Numbered from the stretch's first letter, positions 46,486-56,516 are shown. The stretch: DNA of 64,000 nt from an uncultured Dehalococcoidia bacterium (GCA_964588665.1 CAZPQQ010000010.1:1054-65053), one strand, 5' to 3'. Made by a program: numbers and translations. Notes: generated from the sequence alone by a model not told the origin.

Positions 46486-49017
46486 ATGGGGACATTCAAG
46501 TCTCTGAAGCCCTGGCAAGCCGCAGTCTTGGCGGTGGTCGTGTTGATCGGATTTGGCGGCACGTTCGGAATCTACGCGCTGCTCACCGGCGACGACGCCG
46601 TTGACCTGGACGGAGAACAGCAACTCATTCCCGTCCAACGCGGCAATCTCGTCAACGAGGTCTCCGTCAACGGCAGCGTCCTATTCCCCAATCGGGAAAC
46701 CTTGACCTTCGGTTCCCAGGGCACGGTCGCGGAACTGTTCATCGAAGAGGGGCAACGGGTCGAACAGTTCGATCCGCTAGCTGCCTTCGATTCGGACACG
46801 ATAGCCGGACTCGAGAGAGCGGTTGCCCAGGCCCGAGTCGACCTCCGGAACGCGCAGGACACCCTCGCCGATCTCAGCGATCCGTCAGCGCTCGATGTCG
46901 CCCAACTCGAATCGAAGATAGCCGGTGCTTCCATCGTGTTCGACAAGGCTGTCGACGCTTTGGACGCGCTAAAAGACCCCTCGGACCTCGACGTGTCGCA
47001 GGCAAGGGCGAAAGTCGCCGCGTCCAGGGCCGCATTGCTAAATGCCCAAGAGAAACTGGCCACGCTGACAGATCCGCCCACGGGTCAGGCCGTCGCATCC
47101 GCCGAGGCCAGGATCGCCAGCAACCAGGAGGCGCTGCAGAAGGCGCGAGACGCCCTGACCAAGCTTTTGGACCAACCCACGTCCCTCGAAGTCGCACAGG
47201 CCGAGGCTAAAATCACGGACGCCAGAATCGCCTTCGAGCGGACCGAGGAAGATTTCACTGAAATCAAGGCGGGCGCCACGGATGCGCAGATCGCCGATGC
47301 GACGCTCGGCTTGCAGATCGCCCAAACCCAGTTCGCCAACGCCGAAGCTGAGTTGGCGTTCAACACGTCGGACTGGAATTCGAAGCTCGATGCCGCGGAC
47401 GATCAAGCCCAGAACGCGACCGACGACTATCTTACAGAATTCCGAAAATGGTTGGGCATGGACCTGACGGCGGTAGACCTCGACGCCGACCCCGATGTCG
47501 TGCTCGCGTCGGCGGGCGTCGATCTCGATTCGGTGTTCGATCCCGGCCAGCAGGGCGCCGGCCTCAGTTCGGCGAACGACGACTTCTCTTTCCCCGCCGA
47601 CGACCCGGCCACCCCGTGGAACGAGTCAACCTTGTTTATCTGGCTCAATCTGAGCCCCGCGCCGATCGTCGCCACCTGCGACGATGCGCCTCCCGGCATC
47701 GCGTTCTGCATCCAGCACGAACTGAAGACGGCGGGAGTCGCGTATAATCAGTCGCTGACCAATTTGGAGTCGGTCGAAGTTCAAGCTTCAAAAGCCATCG
47801 TCGCATCCGAATCGGCGGTCGAAAAGACCCGCGAAACTTTGGTGGCTTTCCAGGACGCGTTGGCCGATCTCGAAGGCCCGCCGGACACGTTGGCGGTGGA
47901 AGACAAGGAGCGAGCGCTCGCGGTGGCGACCTCGACGCTGCAGATGGCCCTGGATGATTTGGCCGTGTTGCAGGAAGGCGCCAGCGATATCGACGTCGAC
48001 AACCAACAGGCGCAGGTCGCACTCGCCCTGCAAAACCTGGAGCAAGCCAAAGACGATCTGGCTGATCTGATAGCGCCGGTGGACGACGTGTTGGTGGACG
48101 ATCAAAATCAGCAGGTCGAGCTCGCAGCCTCCACCCTCGCAAAGGCCGAGGGCGACCTCGATGAATTGCTTGACGGCGGCATCGGAGCGGAGTTGGATTC
48201 CGTGACCTTGGACGTCGAGGTGGCTCGACTGAACCTTGAAGATTTGAAAGCGGACCTGGCGTCCATGCGTATTGGGCCGGACCCGCTCGATTTGACCCTT
48301 CGACAAGCCGACGTCGCGTCTGCCGTGGCTAACCTAGAGCAGGTTGAGCAGCGACTGATCGATGCGACCATCATCGCGCCTTGGGACGGTTTCGTATCCG
48401 CAATCAACGTCGAGATCGGCCAGGCCGTCAACTCGAATGCACCGATCATGGAGATCGTGGACACGTCGGTGGTCGAGGTCGACGGCATCGTGGACGAAAT
48501 CGACGTGTTGTTCGTCCAAGTTGGCTCGACTGCGCTCGTTTCCATGGACGCGCTGCCCGGCGAGATCCTGGCCGGCAGCGTCTCATACATTGCATCGGAA
48601 GCCCGCACCCAGCAGGGCGTGGTCAGCTACCCGGTGCGCATCCAGGTGACGCCGCCACAGGGCTTGGAATTGCCCGAGGGACTAAGCGCGGTCGCCAGCG
48701 TTGTGATCCGGGAAGACCGGGGCGTGCTCATGGTGCCCATCCAGTCGTTGTACGGGTCGTTCGACGAGCCGTCGGTCAAGGTGATGGACAACGGCAGCGT
48801 GGTGGACCGCCAGGTGGTGCTGGGCAACAGCGACGACTTCTGGACGGTCGTACTCGACGGCCTCAACGAGGGCGACACCGTGATCATGGAATCCCAGGAG
48901 ACCCAAAGCGATCGGTTCCAGTCCGGCGGCGGCAACTTCCGCAGACTCCAAGGAGGAGGCGGCACAGCGAGTTTCGCCATACCCAGCGGTGGCGGTGGCC
49001 CCCGAGGGGGAAGGTAG
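46486..49017 (+). CDS. HlyD/MacA-family membrane-fusion (periplasmic adaptor) protein, greatly extended (843 aa)
   Basis: N-terminal TM segment. Lipoyl/beta-barrel segments occur at both ends (..IPVQRGNLVNEVSVNGSV.. and ..APWDGFVSAINVEIGQAV..). The central helical repeats are very long. It sits directly upstream of MacB-type ABC genes. Confidence 0.85.
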   Translation: MGTFKSLKPWQAAVLAVVVLIGFGGTFGIYALLTGDDAVDLDGEQQLIPVQRGNLVNEVSVNGSVLFPNRETLTFGSQGTVAELFIEEGQRVEQFDPLAAFDSDTIAGLERAVAQARVDLRNAQDTLADLSDPSALDVAQLESKIAGASIVFDKAVDALDALKDPSDLDVSQARAKVAASRAALLNAQEKLATLTDPPTGQAVASAEARIASNQEALQKARDALTKLLDQPTSLEVAQAEAKITDARIAFERTEEDFTEIKAGATDAQIADATLGLQIAQTQFANAEAELAFNTSDWNSKLDAADDQAQNATDDYLTEFRKWLGMDLTAVDLDADPDVVLASAGVDLDSVFDPGQQGAGLSSANDDFSFPADDPATPWNESTLFIWLNLSPAPIVATCDDAPPGIAFCIQHELKTAGVAYNQSLTNLESVEVQASKAIVASESAVEKTRETLVAFQDALADLEGPPDTLAVEDKERALAVATSTLQMALDDLAVLQEGASDIDVDNQQAQVALALQNLEQAKDDLADLIAPVDDVLVDDQNQQVELAASTLAKAEGDLDELLDGGIGAELDSVTLDVEVARLNLEDLKADLASMRIGPDPLDLTLRQADVASAVANLEQVEQRLIDATIIAPWDGFVSAINVEIGQAVNSNAPIMEIVDTSVVEVDGIVDEIDVLFVQVGSTALVSMDALPGEILAGSVSYIASEARTQQGVVSYPVRIQVTPPQGLELPEGLSAVASVVIREDRGVLMVPIQSLYGSFDEPSVKVMDNGSVVDRQVVLGNSDDFWTVVLDGLNEGDTVIMESQETQSDRFQSGGGNFRRLQGGGGTASFAIPSGGGGPRGGR

Positions 49018-49026
49018 AGCCGAGCC

Positions 49027-49734
49027 ATGATCGAACTCGACAACGTCTCGAAGATATACCGCATGGGCGAAGTGGAAGTCGGCGCTCTCCAGAACGTGAG
49101 CGTGCGCATCGACGACGGTGAAATCGCCGCGATCATGGGCCCGTCCGGCTCGGGCAAGTCGACCATGATGAACGTGGTCGGATGCCTTGACGTTCCCTCC
49201 GAAGGGCGGTACCTGCTAAACGGCGAAGACGTCGGCCTGCTAAGCGACGACCGTCTCGCCGAGATTCGCGGCCGTGAGATAGGTTTCGTGTTCCAGACCT
49301 ACAACCTGCTGCCCCGACTCAGCGCCCAGGCAAATGTCGAACTGCCGCTGATTTACGGCGGACGGCGCGACCGAGGCAAGAGGGCCATGGACGCGCTCGA
49401 CAGGGTCGGCCTCGCCGACCGCGCCAGCCATCGACCCACGGAGCTTTCCGGCGGTCAGCAACAGCGAGTCGGAATCGCCAGGGCCCTGGTCAAAGAGCCG
49501 CGGATCCTGCTCGCCGACGAGCCGACGGGAAACTTGGACAGCCGGTCCAGCGAAGAGATCATCGCGATACTTCGGAACCTCAATGAAGAAGACGGGATCA
49601 CAGTAATACTGGTCACACATGAGCCTGAGATCGCCGCCCACGCCAGGCGGGTTGTGTCGATGCTCGACGGACGGATCGTGACGGACCAGGTTCAAGAGCA
49701 ATGCGCACTGGGAGTCGTCCATGAGCCCGTTTGA
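49027..49734 (+). CDS. ABC transporter ATP-binding protein (MacB/LolD type)
   Basis: Walker [10 protein letters not shown], signature LSGGQQQR and Walker [13 protein letters not shown]. Confidence 0.93.
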   Translation: MIELDNVSKIYRMGEVEVGALQNVSVRIDDGEIAAIMGPSGSGKSTMMNVVGCLDVPSEGRYLLNGEDVGLLSDDRLAEIRGREIGFVFQTYNLLPRLSAQANVELPLIYGGRRDRGKRAMDALDRVGLADRASHRPTELSGGQQQRVGIARALVKEPRILLADEPTGNLDSRSSEEIIAILRNLNEEDGITVILVTHEPEIAAHARRVVSMLDGRIVTDQVQEQCALGVVHEPV

Positions 49735-50965
49735 TGTTCTGAGGACGGCTGTAACGTCCATGGGCGCCAACAAGATGCGGGCCGGGCTGACCTTGCTCGG
49801 CATGGTTATCGGCGTCACGGCGGTCATCTCGCTCATGGCAATCGGCAAGGGCGCCCAAGAGTCGATCACTTCGCGCATCGAGTCTCTTGGCACCAACCTG
49901 CTGTTCGTGCGACCCGGAGCGTCCAATCAAGGTGGTGTTTTCGGCGGACAGGGGTCAGCCGGGACGCTGACGCTGGACGACGCATATGCAATGCTCGATC
50001 CGACGTTCACGCCCTCGGTGGCCGCGGCGGCGCCCGAGCTCAGCACCGGCGGACAGATCGTGGCTGGCCGAGAGAACACCTCGACGCAGATAATCGGCGT
50101 CACGCCGGAGTACGAGTTCGTCAGGAACTACGCCATCGCGTCCGGCTCTTTCGTGACAGCCGGGCAAGTCTTGAATCGGTCCGAAGTGGTGGTGCTCGGT
50201 TCCCGAGTGGCGGAGACGCTCTTTGGATTCCGCGATCCGGTCGGACAGACCGTGCGCGTCAATTCTCGACGGTTCGAAGTCATCGGCGTGCTGGAAAGCC
50301 AAGGCGGCGGCGCGTTTGGCCTCTTCGACGACCAGGCGCTCGTCCCGATCACAACGGCGTACTATCGGCTGTCGGCGCAACGCACGAACCAGGGCGGCGT
50401 CAGCGTCGGATCGATCAACGTGCAGGTGCGGGACGGCTATGACATGGATACGGCAGTCGACGAGATCGCGACTCTGCTCCGGTTGCGCCACCGGGCCGCG
50501 GAAGAGGACGATTTCACAGTAAGCAGCCAGCAAGAGGCCATCGAAACGCTTGAGGAGACAACGGACGTGTTCATCATGTTCCTGGGCGGGATAGCCGGCA
50601 TATCATTGCTTGTGGGCGGCATTGGGATCATGAACATCATGCTGGTGTCGGTCACGGAGCGAACTCGCGAGATCGGAATCCGAAAGGCGATGGGCGCCAA
50701 ACGCCGAGACATCCTATTCCAGTTCGTTTCCGAAGCGTCCTTGCTGAGCCTAGGCGGCGGAATAGCGGGAGTGATTGCCGGTTACGTCTTGGCCCGTGCG
50801 CTGGACGGGCGCGACCTCGCCGGACAGTCGTTCGAGACGGCGTTCTCCACGGAGATCGCGGCCCTGGCTCTCGTTGTGTCGGTCGTGATTGGCCTCTTCT
50901 TCGGCATCTATCCAGCCATGCGAGCGGCGCGACTGCATCCGATCGACGCCCTCAGATACGAATAA
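49721..50965 (+). CDS. ABC transporter permease (MacB/FtsX type)
   Basis: 414 aa with a MacB periplasmic domain and a C-terminal FtsX 3-TM bundle (..[13 protein letters not shown]...I..QF..E). It overlaps the ATPase gene by 14 nt. Confidence 0.9.
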   Translation: MSPFDVLRTAVTSMGANKMRAGLTLLGMVIGVTAVISLMAIGKGAQESITSRIESLGTNLLFVRPGASNQGGVFGGQGSAGTLTLDDAYAMLDPTFTPSVAAAAPELSTGGQIVAGRENTSTQIIGVTPEYEFVRNYAIASGSFVTAGQVLNRSEVVVLGSRVAETLFGFRDPVGQTVRVNSRRFEVIGVLESQGGGAFGLFDDQALVPITTAYYRLSAQRTNQGGVSVGSINVQVRDGYDMDTAVDEIATLLRLRHRAAEEDDFTVSSQQEAIETLEETTDVFIMFLGGIAGISLLVGGIGIMNIMLVSVTERTREIGIRKAMGAKRRDILFQFVSEASLLSLGGGIAGVIAGYVLARALDGRDLAGQSFETAFSTEIAALALVVSVVIGLFFGIYPAMRAARLHPIDALRYE

Positions 50966-51024
50966 CGCCAATCCACAAGCAGCGACGCAGCGGTCGCCAC
51001 TGACCATTGATAGCGGGGAGAACA

Positions 51025-51684
51025 ATGAACAACAAAATATTCGTCGCACTGATTGTTGGGATGCTCGTCGTCGGCCTCGGAATGGGCGGCGCGTTTGCGG
51101 GCGGGGTCGCGTACGAGCGGAATGGTGAAGAGACGCCCGTGGTCGTCGCGGCGCCCGATCTCCCGTCGCCGTCCGGGACTTTGTCCGACGGTCTGGCGAT
51201 CGACGCCGACCAGGCGGCGGCGTTGAGAGATCAACTACAGTCCGGCAATCTGTCTCAGGAGCAACTTCAAGAGATCCGGCAGCAGTTCCAGGGTCGAGGA
51301 GGCGCTGGCGGTCCGGGTGGTGGTGGATTCGGCGGAGGCGGCTTCGGCGGCGCTGGCGGCGCTGGCGGCTTTGCTGGTGGAAACGTCGGCGGCGGAAACC
51401 TGACCGGGACCGTTGAGTCAGTTGCCGACAACGTCATCACGCTGAACACGGCCCAAGGCCCGTTGCAAGTTACGCTGGGCCCGGACACTGTCATACGAAA
51501 CTTGATCAAAGTCAATCCGGCGGACCTGGTCATCGACGCCAGCGTGACCGTCACGGGTGAACGGAGCGAAGACGGCGGATTCGATGCCGTTTCGATCTTC
51601 ATCACTCCGGAAGACCTCGAGCTGGGTGGACTTGGCGGTTTCGGCGGCTTCCGGGGCGGTCGCGGGCAGGTGCAATCTCCGTAA
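51025..51684 (+). CDS. secreted/anchored Gly-rich protein with DUF5666-like beta domain
   Basis: Signal/TM segment (IFVALIVGMLVVGLGMGGAFA), a GGxGG/GGF low-complexity block, then TGTVESVADNVITLNT..G...V.... GGGGAG lies upstream of the ATG. Confidence 0.65.
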   Translation: MNNKIFVALIVGMLVVGLGMGGAFAGGVAYERNGEETPVVVAAPDLPSPSGTLSDGLAIDADQAAALRDQLQSGNLSQEQLQEIRQQFQGRGGAGGPGGGGFGGGGFGGAGGAGGFAGGNVGGGNLTGTVESVADNVITLNTAQGPLQVTLGPDTVIRNLIKVNPADLVIDASVTVTGERSEDGGFDAVSIFITPEDLELGGLGGFGGFRGGRGQVQSP

Positions 51685-51779
51685 CGAACGACCCCTCTGG
51701 CCGGCGCTTGCACTGTGTCATCGGACCTCGTACTGAGATTTCATGAACAATAGTTAACGAATTCCCAATGGATAATCGC

Positions 51780-51808
51780 TTGCCAAGCGCTCGCTCAAGT
51801 AGTACATT
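51780..51808 (+). promoter_or_regulatory. sigma-70-type promoter candidate
   Basis: TTGCCA-N17-TACATT, ending 88 nt upstream of the ATG at 51896. Confidence 0.45.
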
Positions 51809-51895
51809 TCTTAACTGAGGGAATTTTCTGCGGCCCGTTCGGCCTCATGGATCAACCCCCACATTCATCGGGAGGTCCGCCCTAGCGCACTATAT

Positions 51896-53698
51896 ATGGA
51901 CGTTATATTCAGAATCATAGGTATCGCACTCCGGCACCCATGGCAGTTGTTCGGCGCTTACGCCACTATGGTGGGAGCACTCGTCGCATACGTGATGCTT
52001 CCTAGATACTTCGGCCAAGCCATTGACGAGATTATCGAGGTGTTCGAGTCCGGTGAGTATTCCCAGGACGCTATTCTGACGATCGTCATCACGATCTTTG
52101 TTCTTAGTACAATTCGAGGAATCCTCTCCTTCTTCCAGACCTACCTCGGCGAGGCACTCTCCCAATTCGTCTCTTACGACATCCGCAACTCGTTCTACGA
52201 CCACGTCCAGCATATGAGCTTCGGGTTTCACGACCGGCATCATACGGGCAACTTGATGTCTCGTGTGATCACCGACGTCGAAAACATCCGCATGTTCATC
52301 AACATGGGTTTGGTGCGGACGCCTTACTTCGTGGCATTGTTCGTGGCAGTTGCCATCATTCTGCTTCGGATGGACTGGCGCCTTGGACTTATCAGCATCA
52401 GCTTCATGCCGATCGTCGCTTTCTACTCCGCGGTTACGCGGCTGAAGATGAGGCGAATTTGGCTGATCGTCCAAGAAAAGATGGCCGAGATGAGCACCGT
52501 CATGCTGGAGAACTTCTCCGGCGTCAGGGTCATCAAAGCCTTTGCTTCCGAGCCGTACGAAGAGATCAAGTTCGACGCCAAGAACCTCGATGTCACCAGT
52601 CGATACATCGAGGCCGAGAAAATCCGGGCTTCCAGCACGTCGTTCATGCTGTTCACGTTCCTGGTCGCGATGGGCTTGATCCTGTTTTTCGGAGGCAGGC
52701 GGGTCATCGCCGGCGACATGACGCCAGGTGAGTTGGGCCAGTTCATATTCTATCTGCAGATTTTGCAGATGCCAGTCCGGATGACCGGTTGGCTTGTGAA
52801 CTCATACGCTCGCGCGACCTCAGCCGGCGAAAGGCTGTTCGAGATACTCGACTATGAGTCACCGGTTGAAGAAGCAACTGACGCCCGGCAGATGCCGCGA
52901 ACCAGCGGGCGGGTTCATTTCGACAACATCAGTTTCGGCTACAACGGTGACAAAAAGGTGCTCAACGGCATCGAGCTCGAAGCGGCGCCTGGAGAGGTGA
53001 TCGCGTTGCTTGGCGCTCCGGGCAGCGGCAAGACGAGTTTGGTCAACCTGATACCGCGGTTCTACGATGTCTCGAGCGGCAGCGTCACTTTGGACGGAAT
53101 CGATATTCGCGACACCACACTGGAGTCTCTGAGACGCAATATCGGCATCGTACAGCAGGATGTCTTCCTGTTTACGACAACCGTGCGGGAGAACATCGCC
53201 TACGGGCGGGTCGACGCCACCGAAGAAGAGATCAAGCGCGCCGCGAAAGTGGCTCGACTCGACGGATTCATCGAATCCTTGCCTGACGGCTACGACACAC
53301 AAGTCGGAGAGCGTGGGTCCACCCTCTCTGGTGGCCAGAGGCAGCGGATGTCCATCGCTCGCGCGGTTCTGATGGACCCGCCTGTGCTGATCCTCGACGA
53401 CTCCACGTCCAGCGTGGACGCTCAGACCGAGGACGAAATCCGCTTGGCCATGACATCCGTCATGGAGAACCGGACGACATTCGTCATCGCGCACCGACTC
53501 AGCACCGTTCACAGGGCCGACGTCATCCTGGTGCTGGAAGAAGGCGAAGTCGTGGAACGTGGAACCCATCAAGAGCTGCTGGCCCTGAATGGGCACTACC
53601 GAGAGATTTACGAGCTTCAACTCCGCCCTCAAGAAGAAGTCATGCGCGAGATCGAAGTCCCGGCGTTGGGGGATGACCTCGCGACTTCAAACGACTAG
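51896..53698 (+). CDS. ABC exporter, fused permease/ATPase half-transporter (degenerate Walker B)
   Basis: 600 aa with 6 TM segments plus an NBD. Walker A GAPGSGKTS and signature LSGGQRQR are canonical. Walker B is LILDDS, with Asp in place of the catalytic Glu. Confidence 0.9.
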   Translation: MDVIFRIIGIALRHPWQLFGAYATMVGALVAYVMLPRYFGQAIDEIIEVFESGEYSQDAILTIVITIFVLSTIRGILSFFQTYLGEALSQFVSYDIRNSFYDHVQHMSFGFHDRHHTGNLMSRVITDVENIRMFINMGLVRTPYFVALFVAVAIILLRMDWRLGLISISFMPIVAFYSAVTRLKMRRIWLIVQEKMAEMSTVMLENFSGVRVIKAFASEPYEEIKFDAKNLDVTSRYIEAEKIRASSTSFMLFTFLVAMGLILFFGGRRVIAGDMTPGELGQFIFYLQILQMPVRMTGWLVNSYARATSAGERLFEILDYESPVEEATDARQMPRTSGRVHFDNISFGYNGDKKVLNGIELEAAPGEVIALLGAPGSGKTSLVNLIPRFYDVSSGSVTLDGIDIRDTTLESLRRNIGIVQQDVFLFTTTVRENIAYGRVDATEEEIKRAAKVARLDGFIESLPDGYDTQVGERGSTLSGGQRQRMSIARAVLMDPPVLILDDSTSSVDAQTEDEIRLAMTSVMENRTTFVIAHRLSTVHRADVILVLEEGEVVERGTHQELLALNGHYREIYELQLRPQEEVMREIEVPALGDDLATSND

Positions 53699-53769
53699 CA
53701 AGACCGAAGGCGGGCTGAGCATGAAGCCAGCCTCGCCTCAGATTCAAAAGGAGTTCGCACCGATATGAT

Positions 53770-55590
53770 ATGTTCCACGGAGTAAGCCGGGGGCATCCGG
53801 ACGAAGAAGTTTTTGGCTCTGTCTACAACCAGCGCGTCGTAGCCAGGCTCCTACCGTACATTCTCCCGTACAAGGGCTTGGCGCTGTTGGCGTTCGGCGC
53901 GATGTTGGTCTACACCGCCACGCAGGTCGCGATCCCTTGGCTCATCAAGATCGCCATCGACGACTATATCGTCCCTGGCAATCTAGACGGGCTAACCGTG
54001 ATATTCATCATATTTCTCGGAATCGCCCTCGTCAACTGGATTGCGAACTATGTCCAACAATACACCATGGAAAAGGTTGGTCAGGGCGTCCTCTATAACC
54101 TGAGGGGCCAACTGTTCGGCCATGTCCAAAAGCAGTCGATGGCCTTTTTCGACAAGACAGAGGTCGGGCGCCTGATGTCCCGCGTCATGGGCGATGTGTC
54201 TCAGCTCCAGGAATTCGCGGCCCTGGTGGTCATGACGGCGGGCGAACTGCTCGCATTGGTCGGGATCGTCGTTGCGCTGCTGATCATGAACCTGAAGTTG
54301 GGCCTCGTCACGATGAGCGTAATCCCGATACTGATTCTCATCATGGCCGTCTGGCAGCCGATTGCGCGCAGAGCGTTCATGAAAGTTCGCGTGGCGATTT
54401 CCATTGTGAACTCTTCCTTCAACGAGAACATCACAGGAGTCCGCGTCGTCCAGGCGATGAACCGGCAGGATCTGAACGAACTTCAATTCGACGAAAAGAA
54501 CACGACCCACCGGGACGCGAACCTTTGGGCCAGCAAGCTTTCGGCGGGTCTGCTCCCGGCAGTCGACGTCTTTACGGCTGTGGCGATCGGCCTGGCGATC
54601 TTCTTCGGCTCCCGCATGATCGCTGGCGACGACATGGAAGTCGGTGCCCTCGTAGCCTTCATCCTTTACATTCAGCGGTTCTTCGACCCGATTCGAAACA
54701 TGACGATGCAGTACACCCAGCTTCAGAGGTCCATGGCCTCGGGCGCTCGTATCTTCGACCTCATGGACTGGGAACCTGACCTCGTGGACGCTCCGGACGC
54801 GATTACAGCCCCGACGATCAAGGGCGACATCCAACTCAAGAACCTCAGCTTCAGCTACGTCCCCGGTGAGGACGTCATCAAGAACGTCAACCTACACATC
54901 GAGCCGGGTGAAGTGGCGGCGATCGTCGGGCCCACCGGCGCCGGCAAGACGACACTGGTTTCGTTGCTGTCACGGTTCTACGACGTTCCCGAAGGCATGG
55001 GCGCGATCCTGGTCGACGGCAACGACATCCGAAAGGTGAAGCGCGCGTCGCTGGCAGGCCAGATGAGTATGGTCCTGCAGGAGCCGTTCCTCTTCTCCGG
55101 CTCCGTGGAAGAAAACATCAAGTACAACCACGTCGACGCAACCCGCGAGCAGATGATAGCCGCGGCCGAGGCAGTTGGGGCGCACGAATTCATCATGCGC
55201 CTCGAAGACGGATACGACACTTTCCTGGCAGAGCGCGGCATCAACCTGAGCATCGGCCAACGTCAGTTGATCAGCTTCGCCAGGGCGCTCGTCGCCGACC
55301 CCAGGATACTGATCCTGGACGAAGCCACGGCCAATATCGACAGCTACACGGAGATGCTCATTCAGCGGGCGCTGCTGCGGCTGCTCAAAGATCGCACGGC
55401 GATCGTGATCGCCCACCGGCTGTCAACGATCCGAGGCGCCGACAAGATCATCGTCCTTAACTTCGGCGAAGTGGTGGAAGTGGGCAACCATGAAGAGCTC
55501 CTGGAAAAAGACGGACTCTACGCCCATCTCTACACGATGAACTACGCGGCCATCGAGGCGCCTATCCCTGTATCCGACAACGGGCACTGA
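53770..55590 (+). CDS. ABC exporter, fused permease/ATPase half-transporter (non-canonical signature motif)
   Basis: 606 aa. Walker A GPTGAGKTT and Walker B ILILDEAT are canonical. The signature motif is LSIGQRQ instead of LSGGQ. Confidence 0.9.
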   Translation: MFHGVSRGHPDEEVFGSVYNQRVVARLLPYILPYKGLALLAFGAMLVYTATQVAIPWLIKIAIDDYIVPGNLDGLTVIFIIFLGIALVNWIANYVQQYTMEKVGQGVLYNLRGQLFGHVQKQSMAFFDKTEVGRLMSRVMGDVSQLQEFAALVVMTAGELLALVGIVVALLIMNLKLGLVTMSVIPILILIMAVWQPIARRAFMKVRVAISIVNSSFNENITGVRVVQAMNRQDLNELQFDEKNTTHRDANLWASKLSAGLLPAVDVFTAVAIGLAIFFGSRMIAGDDMEVGALVAFILYIQRFFDPIRNMTMQYTQLQRSMASGARIFDLMDWEPDLVDAPDAITAPTIKGDIQLKNLSFSYVPGEDVIKNVNLHIEPGEVAAIVGPTGAGKTTLVSLLSRFYDVPEGMGAILVDGNDIRKVKRASLAGQMSMVLQEPFLFSGSVEENIKYNHVDATREQMIAAAEAVGAHEFIMRLEDGYDTFLAERGINLSIGQRQLISFARALVADPRILILDEATANIDSYTEMLIQRALLRLLKDRTAIVIAHRLSTIRGADKIIVLNFGEVVEVGNHEELLEKDGLYAHLYTMNYAAIEAPIPVSDNGH

Positions 55591-55640
55591 CCGCGAAGAG
55601 CATACTGCTCGCCCCGAGATTTCACCGCAATAACCAAGAA

Positions 55641-55670
55641 TCGTCCCGATCGCTTCGGGGTGATTTTTGT
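55641..55670 (+). terminator. intrinsic terminator after the ABC exporter pair
   Basis: A 9-bp stem (TCGTCCCGA / TCGGGGTGA, 7 Watson-Crick plus 2 G-U pairs) with loop TCGCT, followed by TTTTTGTT. Confidence 0.6.
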
Positions 55671-55809
55671 TACCGGCCACACGATCCGTCTTTTGCCGCG
55701 CAACACGACCTTCGTTCCGCTCAACTCGACGCCGTCTGCGCTCCGGCCAGTTTCTTTTCCGCCGCAAAGCTGAGGCGCCTACAAGCTTAACCTCTCGGCG
55801 ATCCGGCTC

Positions 55810-55818
55810 TGATACAAT
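55810..55818 (+). promoter_or_regulatory. extended -10 element (TGaTACAAT)
   Basis: It ends 92 nt upstream of the DUF488 gene ATG. No convincing -35 element is present. Confidence 0.35.
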
Positions 55819-55909
55819 GCGCCCTGCCCTACCCGATCAACCGTGTCTGCGGATGCGCGGCCAGACTCGATGACGGCCGATCCAACCATAACCGGGGCGG
55901 GCTGGAATC

Positions 55910-56431
55910 ATGCCAGACACCATTTACACCATCGGACACAGCAACCACACCTGGGAGAGCTTCGGCGCCCTGCTCCAGGCGCACGCCATCGAGCTTTTGA
56001 TCGACGCGCGGTCCAACCCTGTGTCCAGATTCGCCCCGTTTTCCAACAGCCGGACGTTGCCCGGCCTGCTGGAGCAGATGAACATCGAGTACGTCTATCT
56101 GGGCGGCCCATTGGGCGGCAAACCTGCCGACGAATCCTTCTACGACGCCAAAGGCAAACCGGACTATCGCAAAATGCGGTCCGAAGAGGCCTTCCAAGAA
56201 GCCGTCGACGAAGCCGCCTCCATGGCCAAACGCTCGAACGTCGTGCTCATGTGCTCGGAAGAGGACCCGAGCCAGTGCCACCGGCTGCTCCTGCTGGGAC
56301 CCGCCCTCGAAGAAGCCAGGGGCTTTAGCATGCTCCACATCCGCACGACCGGCGAGGCCGTCACCACCGGACGCCTGGGCCGGCTGCGGAAGCATACCCA
56401 GCAGATTCAGGGCACGCTGCCAAGTGCGTGA
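55910..56431 (+). CDS. DUF488 domain protein
   Basis: 173 aa. The IYTIGHSNH....F..LL..H.I..L.D.RS.P.SR pattern and C-terminal ..LMC.E.DP..CHR are typical of DUF488. Confidence 0.8.
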   Translation: MPDTIYTIGHSNHTWESFGALLQAHAIELLIDARSNPVSRFAPFSNSRTLPGLLEQMNIEYVYLGGPLGGKPADESFYDAKGKPDYRKMRSEEAFQEAVDEAASMAKRSNVVLMCSEEDPSQCHRLLLLGPALEEARGFSMLHIRTTGEAVTTGRLGRLRKHTQQIQGTLPSA

Positions 56432-56516
56432 TCCACTACGATCCGTGGCTGATCAAATACTAGGGGTTCCGATCAAGCAAGCTCAATACACTCCCCCGTT
56501 GAAAGAGACACGTTTG

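Noticed and set aside
51290-51400. A GGC/GGT-rich repetitive DNA stretch.
   Set aside because: It lies in frame inside the 51025-51684 CDS and encodes the Gly-rich block. This is coding low complexity, not a non-coding repeat.
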